Shown here piece by piece: positions 14,463 through 25,654 of a DNA stretch of 64,000 bases (within the stretch, counting starts at the first letter, position 1; each line of letters begins with the position of its first letter). The notes below the pieces were generated by a model. The model did not search any database, was not told where the DNA came from, and saw only the letters and a list, made by a program, of their open reading frames with translations. Source of the stretch: Lingula anatina (Eukaryota; Animalia; Brachiopoda); the NCBI GenBank assembly GCA_051362555.1, contig CM120644.1, positions 10,500,567 through 10,564,566 on the forward strand. The letters are read 5' to 3'. The position numbers were made by a program, and so were the translations under genes.

Positions 14463-17400
14463 TGCATCTGGAGTAAAGGAATTGCTGACAACACGATGTG
14501 GGACCTGTTTATCTTGCAATGAAACGCGTACATTTAATGGCCCTGGAGGAACGAGCGCTGTCAAAAAAACTAAATATGAAACGTCCAAGGGACGATCTGA
14601 ATGCAGCTAATTTCCCTCGATGATTTACTTTGTTGAAACCAATTGTCAATAATTTGACTAATACCAAAATGTTACACGCCAAGGCGAAATTTACCGCAAA
14701 TGTGAACGCAGCGCATTAGGGAGTCTGGGTGTAAAAAGAGTTCACTAAGCATTTTGGTACATTAGGGATATATTATTGCTGAAGGAAAACATGCAGTTAT
14801 ATCACTCACAGTAACAAATGACATTGTAACAGATTCATCGGTGTTTTCGGACAAGTTTTTTTTCCGCTTATTGTGGTTAACAATTACACATATCACACAC
14901 CCACTTCACAAAGCAGCTGAATTCTCTTAAAACGAACAAGTCGAGCATTTCAATCTTTCACAAGTCTTAATAGATTCATTCCCATCAAGTCGACCTGAGC
15001 GACAGGAAAATAGTCCTTCGTACTGAGGTCCGTCGCCCGATATAATTAGGACAGGTTAGGATTAGCTGGTACTACCTAGGTAATTGCAAGGTAGTATACG
15101 GACCGATTGCCACATATACAAAGTGAAGGGACTTGGAATATGATTCCTAGAGGACTGGCAAAACTGTAACACCAGTTAAACTTCGTGTTTTGACGTATTC
15201 GTACAGACGAAAAGTGATCAGCTCTAACTTAATTACTTGACTTTTTCACCCTGTACTGTGGGTATAGGAATCTACATATGTCTGTGTGTCCGCGTCATGT
15301 TATATAGCTAGTAGATTCAATGCGGCACATACTGAAACTTGATTAGTTTAGTAGCAGCTTCGGTATCTTAATATCATTATTCACACCTTGCATTTCAGAC
15401 GTCGAGGTCAAAGATCAAAAATAAAATATCACTGTATGTTCTATGCATCTTGTTGATTCGTTCAGTTTTAATGTGTCCATACATTATGGGCAATGTCCCC
15501 GCTTCGTCCCGTCCCTTATGAACGTTTAGACCTGAACCAATGGATAATCCTGGAAACGATATCACCTTTATCAGCATATTTTAAAGTTGGAGATTCAAAA
15601 GAAATGATACAAGTGGCATTTGTATAGAAGACTAAATGGAAAAAAAATGAGGCAATTAGCATAATTTATTATCAAGATTTTTTATTTAAGACAGGAAAAA
15701 TTGTATACCACAGGTGTCTTATAAGCCCGGGCTGGGTGTTCTATACACATGACACGTTAATAAATGAATATGATGATGGTTATACCTAACAAAAGATGTG
15801 GATGAAATTACGACCTGTAAACCAATTGTCGTTATCTAAATAGCATTTTACTGTTACGAGACAAAAATTGCTAGTGCTGTATCCCACTTCATAAGGAGAG
15901 TGACGCAAAATTGGAATCTTAGAACTTCAACCGGCTTAATTCTAATAAGTGAGTAACTTAGTGATAAAAGAAAAGTGTAAAATTTTCCATGGAGATACGC
16001 TTTGCAATTTAAACTTTAATTTATGACCTACTGTATTCTTTAAATATAATTGACCCGAGGGAAGTCACAATGAGGAGAAAATTTTGTTATTATTTGAAGT
16101 TACACCTCATGTTATGAAAACAAAAAAATGAAAATCGTATTCGGAAAACACTGTTTAAACATTATCTCAAACCGTGTCCATTTATGTCCGATGCACAATC
16201 ATGTATTTTCTTTCCTTTTCCGCTGCAAAGAAAAAAATCAATAAGTACTAAAAACGTGTCCAAAAACAACAAAAAACATCCCTATAAATATTTGACTGAT
16301 CGTTTCCTCTTGGTGCTTACTTCTGGCAGTGAATAGAAGCAAAGGAATAAAAGTGGGGAAAAAAATTCCCGCACCAAGCTTTTAGAGTTAAGAGAACGTG
16401 TACATGCGGAACCTAAATTAATTATTGACGGTGCGTTTTGCAACAAAACTGAGCACAACAGAATAGAACTTATTCAAAGGAAAAAAATGCCAATTGCATT
16501 TTGATAAAATTGCTATTAGTACAATTAGATTTGACGAGTTGTTTTTTTTCTCCATGGAATCAAACACCTTGCATTTCATTCATGTACGTTCTCTTAAGAT
16601 CTCCTCAGCTTATTACGCTAAAAGGCACATGACTCAGAGCACCGGCGACTCGCGCGGTTATGTCACTGATATAATCAAATACACCATCCGGCTTCTACCA
16701 TACCGACTGCAAAACAAAGCAATCTTCTTTCCACATATTGGACAAGAGAAATTTTGTGACTGAATCTAAATCTTAAGTAGACAGTGAGAAAGTCGCAAAG
16801 GCTAGTCCCATTTTGAATAAGACGTAATGTTCATATAGTATTCTAACTGGTGAGATGTTTGCTTACAATTGAAAGCGTCAGTGGCACTGAACAATTCCGT
16901 TTAAGTTTGTGCATATTGCACCAAACAAACTGTTTTGAAAATTCGAAACATCTTCCAATTTGACTATTTCTTATTTTAATAACCTACTGTAACATTAAAC
17001 ATTATTCAAGTACGGTGTGCATTAACGACCGATTAAAAGATCATGCCGCTCCAAAAAAAAAAATAATAATAAAAAAAGAATAAAAAATAAAAATAAAAAA
17101 TAAATAAATAAAGATCACTAGCCTAAAGTAGGCAGTATAAATGTCAGTAGACAGTAGACATGTAGCACACAGTTTGAAGGTAGTGTCCTTATGCTACACG
17201 GGTACACTTGGGTTATATTTTCCCCGAGTACCAGAACAGCAGCCTTGACCAAATAACTGACGTGGGAAAGAAACGTATATTAACATGGTTTGTTTATCGT
17301 TTGACTGGAGTCAAGTTATATTATTTGCGGACCAACCCCCTACCTGACAGGGAGAGGCCAAAGTGTTTCTTTGTGTCGCTTTCCTCTTTTAGACAGTTTA

Positions 17401-18148
17401 TTTTCCCCAAATTTCCTCTCTGGAACGGGTGTACCTTTAACACAAATTTATGCAAAGGAGATATTACAAATACTAAATCCAATAATTCCATTCAATTTCA
17501 TTCTTAAAGGACATAATACAAGCTGTCATAAAGTTACCCCCCCCCCCCCCCTATTCAAATTCTTATTTTCAATTACAAGAAGGTAATAATTTATTTACCA
17601 ACACATTCAACTACAATGCAATAGTTGGGACGAAGCTGTAAGTGAAGGCGCACAACAGCCACAATAGGCTCACTTTTCACAACAGCAGTAATGGAAAAAA
17701 CACATCATAGTAGGTTATGCGGTACGTAAAGTGTTCATCACTAAATCATAATTTGTCTAAAACTGAATAATTAAGGCACATACTTTAACATCTGACGTCG
17801 TTACATCGTTATTTACTACATATATATGGTAAAATACATAATCGCTGAAAGTGGGTGTAATAAAGGACATACCCCCGATACGAGGGCAGCGTACATGTAC
17901 CTGTAGCGTATAAGGATACCGAAAAAGTGCAACGGGTAAATGATCATGATAAATAACATGTTCGTGATATTCAAACATTGTTGTCAATCATTTGTCATCT
18001 CTTTTCAAATGGGAAGTTGCTTTTTTTAATCGTTTAACTGTACCCTAATCCTTTTCCTACTCATGAGGAAAGATAACGAGGACATGCTAAGGCCATCTAA
18101 TACACTGGAAGTGGGCAGATTACGCCTCCAGAGACTCAGTGTGCAAGT

Positions 18149-19895
18149 ATGGCAACAAATAACTTCTCAGTGGTGGTCGTTTGCATTATTTTGTTGGTTT
18201 TAGAACCTGAAATATCCTCACACACCGAAGAGAGCGCCGATTCCAGTAAGTAGAATTGTTATTTTAAGAGGAGATGTTTAGAACTCATTTTAGTTATAAA
18301 TTTTCTCCGTTTTCATATAAACCTATGTTAAGCCAGCAAGTGAAGTATTTCACCTGGTACATTGTTGACCCTTGTAACAGAATATATACAGTACTATGTG
18401 CATGATACCTTTATATAACAAAAAAGTAGTACTTTTCCGAAAGATTTCAGCAATTTTCCGCTCTGTCATCGAGACATTTTTATTTGTACTATTTTTTTTT
18501 TTACGTAAACGCTTAATAAAAATATTGGTTATTTTCGCATCTTTTTGTGCCCAATTATTCATCCCACAGAATATGATTTAGCGCTTTCTGAAAAAGAATT
18601 TTCAATGCCAACTGAGGTCATTATCGATTCAATTGTATTCGTGTTTTAATATACGACCTTTTTTATTCAATACACACAAGTGTTTATTTCTCTTAACGAT
18701 AAAAATACAACTCCTCCACTCACACAGGTGAATCATACGTAGATTATTCTCATACCCACCAAGATGTCATTGATGATAACCTCGAATGTACGTGCACAAG
18801 TGCGCAAAGGAGGTGACAAGCACACCGGCTGAAAGAGTGTACCAAAGTCAGGGGAGCACAGGGGACAAATGCAATTGCCTCAGTGAACGAGCAGGTTGCT
18901 CAATTCAAGTTCGACATGTTAACGTCCGAAAATGAAAGACAATCATCCAAAAAAAAAAAAAAAAACAATGATATTAAGAGCATTTTAAAAGCATGTATAA
19001 AACACGACGTCCTTCGTTTGGCAACCATAGAGCATTTGACCAATATATTGGTCGCACAAAGCAGGAAGAAGGTCGTAGCCATCATATAATTGAGATAAGG
19101 GTGTTTAATTTATACATTTTCATGTGAAAATATAGTTGTTATTTTTTACGTTTAAATCACCTGGGTACCATTTTTCATCACGCATAAAATAAGAGTATTT
19201 TCGGTATGATACATGTATGTGACAAAAGTCAAACACATGTATATCGTATTGGAATGTGTTTTGCTATAACGCATTCTGTATGTTTTTTTCCAGATTCAAA
19301 ACATTCTTATCTCGGATTTCCGCGCATACACTTTTCTGGGCGTTACCATGTAGATCCGATGACAGCCAACAACTTTCCAATCGCCTTTAATACAACTATT
19401 AATCACGGACCACGTCTTCATCCCCAATTACAGGGGTTTAATCCTGAGGTAATAAATTCTAAGCTAAGCTTCTACGTGTATTTTTATTTTATGAATAACA
19501 TGAAACATGTGTATAATCTACATGGATTTTTACACAAGTTATTGTTGTTTAGAGCCATGCAATGTTAAGATGTATAAACCCAATTTATCCACAGTACATA
19601 TCATTTTATCACATGTTATTGATGTTCTTATTCATATGCGTTTGTTCATTAATCAATTGAATACGTTTTTTTTTACTTAATTATTTACTAATTTATCATA
19701 TTATTATTTCCCCTTTATACTTTATTAAAGAGTAAAAACAACACGGTGAACCTCGACCATGTGTATTTCTTGATTTTTATAACTATTGCCATAACGTGAA
19801 TGTCACTCGAAAGATTAAAAAGGGCGCGAAATACCCCCCCCCCCCCCCCCCATATCTCTGTCTCTCTCTATCTGTCTCTCTCTTTGGGCGTGTGT

Positions 19896-19954
<59 letters not shown>

Positions 19955-22900
19955 TTTGCTGGCGTAACATTCACGCATCAATTATTACGTATTTATTCGT
20001 ATTTATGTACATGTTTGTAAATATATTAAGTCTGTCATTCATCCCAGAATGTATTTCTCTTGTTTCAATCAATAAATATAAGAAGCATTTTTTTTAATAA
20101 TCTGCAGGGCACAGGAAATTTCATGTTCTATGACACCTTTGTGACCAGTGTATGTTACTCAGATGGAAGTTGTGTTGAAAAGGGAGATTCTGTTATTGGA
20201 CAAACCCTTGAGGGTATGCCAGTTATATGCCAAAATATTACTAAGTGTAGCCCTACATAAAAAATAGTCTCTCAATAATGAATTTTTGGTAATTTTATTT
20301 CACCTCTAATTACATCATGCCGAGTGAACTGCACTTTTTTTGCATCGCACAATAAAATTAATCTTTCTTTCCTTCTTTTTCAAACTAGATTGGTATTTGC
20401 TACCCCCAGCCAAAATGGTAGACATTTACACCACGTGTGACTCGTTTCCCACTGTATACGGAATGACGCTGATGTTGTCGAATGTATTCCGCGCAAACGT
20501 TATCCCAACGCCGACACAGCAGGGCTGGTTCAAGTGCCCCGAAACGCCGTCTGCTTACACGCGGACTCTTGCAGTGCATGTTAAATCGGTCTTAAATGAT
20601 ATTAAGTGGTTAAGTACTTTAGACGATTCTCGTTTCATAAAAGAGATTAAGCAGGAAAGTGCCAATTTGCTATCCATCAAATATAACCTTGATCTGTACG
20701 ATTCGCTGGAAAGGAGCGAAACTTATTTGTCCGGCCAGTTGACTGGCACTATAGGTCCGCATCATTCAGAGGATGCATTGCCTTTTACAAGGTTCACCAG
20801 ATTATTACGAGCAAGAGATGAAGAATGTGTTGGGTTGCCATTTTGTCATGCACCATTTGTGTTTGATCAAAAGCGCATGACACTCACTTTAGATTTGGGG
20901 AATAGTATGAGAAGGATGGAAAATGGCGACTTTAATGAAACAGAAATTGGTAGACTTTTTATAGGCAAAATTTTAGACGATCACATTTTCACAAAAGGCA
21001 AATGTGAAATGCTGGTAAATTCGTCAGAATTTATCGAAGTAAGATATCAGGAACCAAATTGGTACCTAAAAAATGCAGGGGTGGTATCTCTAAATGTGTC
21101 AGAGAGTTTCAAGCAGCTCATTATGCGTACTCCTCTTGCCCTTTATCAAGTTACCTTAGAACATGTAAAAACAATATGTAAAACTGCGCTTTTCGAACCT
21201 CCACATGGCATCAACGTTGGAGCCATGTATAACAATTCCTACATGAAAAGTCCTGATGACATATGGGAGTTCACTATGTTCGCAAGTCAGTTTGGGGAGC
21301 CAGCAGAAGGCGTCGAATTGAGTTTAGAGTTTGGAAAGAGTGACCAATGTAATTATCAAATATGCGGACCTTGCACAAGTGAATTCAGTTATCCACAATC
21401 TGCTCTCGAGTTCAGACATCCAGTAAAAACAGACAGAAAAGGTATAGCTAGTATTGGAATCAAAGTCAAAGACCCGGTTGAAAATGGATCGTATGCGTCA
21501 AGAATCTTGCTTCAAGATGCTCAACTTTTCCTAATGTTTATCAAATTTAAAGACAGGATAGGGAATTCAGGCACTGCAACTGCGTTTTTGGCGATAAAAA
21601 TTTTTAAAGATCACAAAATTCCCATAGTTCCTACATGGCATGAGCATATACTTCCTATATTCGACTATTATAGTAAATTATATCCAGTCATGAACCACTT
21701 CTTGCATTTAGTTGACTACGAAAGTGTGATTCGTAACAGAGAAAAGATAAAAACAAGGTTAAGTCTCCCCATGGACCACCCCCATCACATGCCTGTTACA
21801 CGCGACTTGTCACCAAAGAAACGAAACATGATCATAAAATGGCTGAATAACCCTGTGAAAGGCTCTGTTGCAACTATTCAAGAACTTCACCGGTTACTGG
21901 AGCAAGCGTTGCTTCTTGAATTTACCACTATCCCTCCTTATCTGACGGCATTGATGTCCATCAAAGAAGTTATGAATGGTTTCATCACGGAAACGCTAAG
22001 ATCAGTCCTAAAACAAGAGATGCTTCATATGGTTTTAGTGGCTAATGTATTAAATGCCGTTGGAGGGACTCCCAAAATTGTTAACCCCTATTCTGTTCCC
22101 ACTTACCCCACCCGTCTCCCTGGTGGAGTGAGGCCAGAATTAGAACTTTATCTGCAGGGTTTCTCGAAAGAGTATGTAGAATCAGTCTTTATGGAAATAG
22201 AAAAACCCGAAAAGATGCTTTCAGTGGAATGCTACGACAAGTCAGTCACATCCCTATACCGATCAAGATATAGCGTTCAGACACAAACTTGCCCAAAGAA
22301 CGAGTACGAGTTTTGTACCACAGATTGTTTTTATAGAAATAGCACCAACACTATTTCTTCATTCTATGAAAGAATCAAACTGATTTTGAAGGATCTTTCG
22401 GTAAACCCAAAATTATTTTCAGGCCAACATATAAAACAGGTGTACGGAGATTTATGGTATGGACATATGAACACCGTTAGACCGTTTCCTGTGTATAACT
22501 TGACAGGCGCTATCAAAGCTATAGATATGATAATGGAACAGGGGGAAGGGAGCAACGCGTGTATGCCTCTTACTAATAACAGTGATCTATCCCATTATTT
22601 TCAATTTGCTCAACTTATTAAGGGCCGAGAAATACGAATTACCCGTTCTTGTTTAGAAAACCGAAGTCCACACCAACATAAAGGTTGCGAGAAAAACATA
22701 TACATAAAACGAAAGGAAGACACTGTCAATTGTGATACGTATTTTCACTTTAATGGACAAACTATTCCATTTAACAAATATGGCGTATGGCCAATTACAA
22801 GGAACCCGCATATTAATAAGTTGAAATCTGGTTCCAAAGCATATAAGTTGTCATATATCTTCGTTAAGATGTATACTGGCCTCATACAGTGTCTACAAGA

Positions 22901-23061
22901 GGGGCTTAGTGGTAAACCAAATACATAGGATCCCAGACTGCATTGGTTTGATGCATGCTCTTTACATACAGGGTAAATTGCTATCAAGGACACCTATTGA
23001 AGCTGGCGGAGACCCTGATTTAGGTCCAAATGTTGGTCCAACGTTTCACTTTATAGGTTGA
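18149..23061 (+). CDS. Spliced, predicted secreted VioB-like protein (indolepyruvate-imine dimer synthase family, C-terminal ferritin-like domain); frameshift near the C-terminus
   Basis: Phase-compatible GT-AG exons: 18149-18245 (MATNNFSVVVVCIILLVLEPEISS signal-like), optional 18728-18787, 19294-19448 (SYLGFPRIHFSGRYHVDPMTANN...GFNPE), 20108-20213 (GTGNFMFYDTFVTSV...GDSVIGQTLE), 20389-22928. VioB-family motifs: PRIHF, AKMVD, LDLGNS, YYSKLYPVM, HMPVTRDLS, LEFTTIPPYLTA, QEMLH, EQGEG, SHYFQF. The conserved-looking tail (IGLMHAL...GPNVGPTF*) continues in a shifted frame at 22924-23061. AATAAA at 23160. Confidence 0.8.
19834..19950. repeat. Compound poly-C/(CT)n/(GT)n/(GA)n microsatellite in a VioB-like intron
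   Basis: Directly visible. Confidence 0.9.
20389..22928 (+). CDS. Main exon of the VioB-like gene
   Basis: Long uninterrupted ORF (track 20340..22928). The true start is the acceptor cttcttttttcaaactag at 20388; the track's MHRTIKLIFLSFFFKL is intronic. Confidence 0.88.
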
Positions 23062-23537
23062 AGGAAGCCAATGTTTTGCTTCGTCCGTCCAAGGAAGATG
23101 GTTCTTTGGTATTTTATTTTCGTTGACTATATATGATTATTAAGTGAGATATTTAACCAAATAAAAGTTTTACGATATTTAAATGAGAGTGGTCATTTAC
23201 TGTATCAAATTTAACTTTCTTCAAAGTTACTATGGACATATTTTTCCCATTAAACTAAGTGTCACTAAATGTACAAAATGTTCTTATCATCATGGTATAT
23301 CGTGCACACTTTACTTGTAACACCAACAAAGTCCTTAGCAACGTCTCTAGATCTTTTTATTCTAAGTGTCATCAACGCATCTAGTTATTTACGTCAGCAT
23401 TTTGTTACTTATACTCTCTGCATGCGTTAGCTCGACGGACCATCGTATTACTAGCCCAGATAAATGTATCTTAAGCGGCACTTTAGCGTATATTCACACG
23501 TATTATTTGCGTTTATAAGCGGATACCAAACGTGTAA

Positions 23538-23768
23538 AGCCCCCTTTACACTGGACGGCGTCCTTTCTGCGTCCTTTCTGCGTTGCACAGTCCTGTTTGA
23601 GAGTCAAAAACAATAATACCTTTGCGTGCCGACAACTGGCCTATCACTGAGCATTCATTTGCAACCAAAGCGGTGCATGTGCCTTCTTTTTTTTTACGAC
23701 CACAGCGATACCAGGTTCACGGTCGCACAAAGCACGCAGAAAGGACGCCGTCCAGTGTAAAGGGGGTT
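23538..23768. mobile_element. PIF/Harbinger-type MITE
   Basis: TIR AGCCCCCTTTACACTGGACGGCGTCCTTTCTGCG with its reverse complement at 23735-23768; TAA target duplication on both sides. Confidence 0.8.
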
Positions 23769-23777
23769 TAACGCTTA

Positions 23778-24252
23778 AGGCCCCTTTACACGGCGTCCTT
23801 TCTGTGTCTTTTCTGCGATCAAAAATGTGGTCAGGACGCTCAACGGTCGCCAAAGCAATTAAATCGTGTCTCAGTGTAAAGGCGTCTGCTTCCGCTGTGC
23901 GTCTTTTGAACGACCGAATCTTGATTTTACCTATAAAACTGCGAGTAACCTGCCTGTCTCCCCTGTACGTCCCCTGCGCAACCCTCGGCGATGTTTGAGC
24001 GACCATTGAGCATTCTTGCTGCGTTCTCTGTACCTTCATCGGTGATCAGTGGCGTCCATCCTACGATCATTATGCATTGTTTTGTACATGCTCAAAACTT
24101 CGCGGCGTCCATAGCGTCCTCGGCGATGCTTGAACGTTCTTTGTGCGACCTTAGCGATCACTGTGCGTTATTTGAGCGTCCGACGGCGTCCTGGCCAGTT
24201 TCATGGTCGCACAAAGGACGCAGAAAGGACGCTGTCCAGTGTAAAGGGGGGT
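23778..24252. mobile_element. Second, longer PIF/Harbinger-type MITE of the same TIR family
   Basis: Left end AGGCCCCTTTACAC(TGGA deleted)GGCGTCCTTTCTG, right end CGCAGAAAGGACGCTGTCCAGTGTAAAGGGGGGT; TTA on both sides. Confidence 0.75.
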
Positions 24253-24972
24253 TTACCTAACGCATGGTCAGCTTGTGAAGTACGTATCCCCTGAGTTTTG
24301 TTACATGTGGTATTCACAGAGTAACATATGTACATCGCCATTGCTTCTGTTCCATATGGAGAATATTGCATAAAAATTAAAGAAACCCAATTTAGACACT
24401 GCTGCCGTGACCATTAGGGGAAAATCATGTTACTTATGATTATTAAACTTACAAAAATGAAGCATATTACTAAAATACAGCCTTATTTGCTTCTTTTCCT
24501 GGAGGTGATAATTTTTTTTTTTTGTGTGAAATTTTCATTTTTTTCACATATTGGCATTTTCAAAGTGGGACTTAGAGCTCTCACGGGCATGGAGCCGATT
24601 GGAAATCAAAAGTTTTAAATGTCCATTTTTTTAAAACTCATTACTAAAATTTGTTGGTAATTATAAAGTTAATTATTATGCAATATTGCATCAAAATTGA
24701 CGAACGTTGTGAAAAGAAAACTGTGTTACTTCTTATTTTAGTATTATTTGTCTAACGCACACTATTTGTCTTATTCGTGTCTTAATTGGTGGCCGTCAAA
24801 CATGTTTTGGGTGAATTTTTATAAAGCTAAAATAACTCCATATTATAGAAGTACTGATAACGTCTAGCGCATTTTTCAGACAGCACCTGTTACAATCCCA
24901 CCCTACAATGCAGACAACAAGCACAGAATCGTGTCTACCGTCAGTATGAAGCGTGACAAATGATGCTTGCGC

Positions 24973-24973
<1 letters not shown>

Positions 24974-25020
<47 letters not shown>

Positions 25021-25111
25021 AAATTATTAAATTTCCATGCTTGAAATAAACCATGACAAGGAATACCAGATTGTACGCTAGAAAAATATTTCAACGTTCT
25101 GTATATACGTG

Positions 25112-25182
<71 letters not shown>

Positions 25183-25277
25183 AAATTATTAAATTTCCAT
25201 GCATGAAATAAACCATGACAAGGAATACCAGATTGTACACTAGAAAAATATTTCAACGTTCTGTATATACGTGATCA
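24974..25277. repeat. Tandem duplication of (TA)n plus a ~100-bp unit
   Basis: Two near-identical copies of ATTTTAAATTATTAAATTTCCATGC...TATATACGTGATCA, each preceded by a (TA)n tract. Confidence 0.9.
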
Positions 25278-25587
25278 GGCGCTCATTGTCTTTGTTATTT
25301 TAATGATTATCGATATAAACGTTCAAGTCCCTATTATCAGTGTCATGGTTATCTATATTATATATTTATAAGTCAAATTGCCCATTCACTTAATGTATTG
25401 TTTGATAATGGACTCAAAATTTAGAAGGTACAAAATAAATTTCTGTTTTTAATAATTTCACTTGATTATGCAATAAAAGTTTTGGAAACACGTGTTCTGA
25501 TACACATACAGCCACCTACGTGTACTCGGACAGGTACCATATTCTCAGACAGTGAACCGTGACATGCGTAAGGTATGTACCATGCCA

Positions 25588-25622
25588 TATAAAAAGCAGA
25601 TTTTGCGCTTTTAAACTCATTT
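25588..25622 (+). promoter_or_regulatory. Core promoter (TATA + Inr) of the defensin gene
   Basis: TATAAAAAG at 25588 and Inr-like TCATTT with A at 25619 (31-nt spacing), 36 nt upstream of the ATG at 25655. Confidence 0.7.
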
Positions 25623-25654
25623 CTGTTTAAAAAGCAAACAGACATACCAGAATT

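Noticed and set aside
13496-14588. ORFs overlapping or antisense to the 5-HT1 CDS
   Set aside because: Shadow frames of a real coding sequence.
22912-22928. 17-nt GT..AG as an intron rescuing the VioB-like frameshift
   Set aside because: Too short to splice, and it would not give the required frame.
18149-23061. Bacterial contamination as the source of the VioB-like sequence
   Set aside because: Spliceosomal introns with microsatellites, a polyA signal, host-like base composition and contiguity with animal genes.
23644-24260. 131-aa and 89-aa ORFs
   Set aside because: They lie inside GC-rich Harbinger MITEs and show no transposase motifs.
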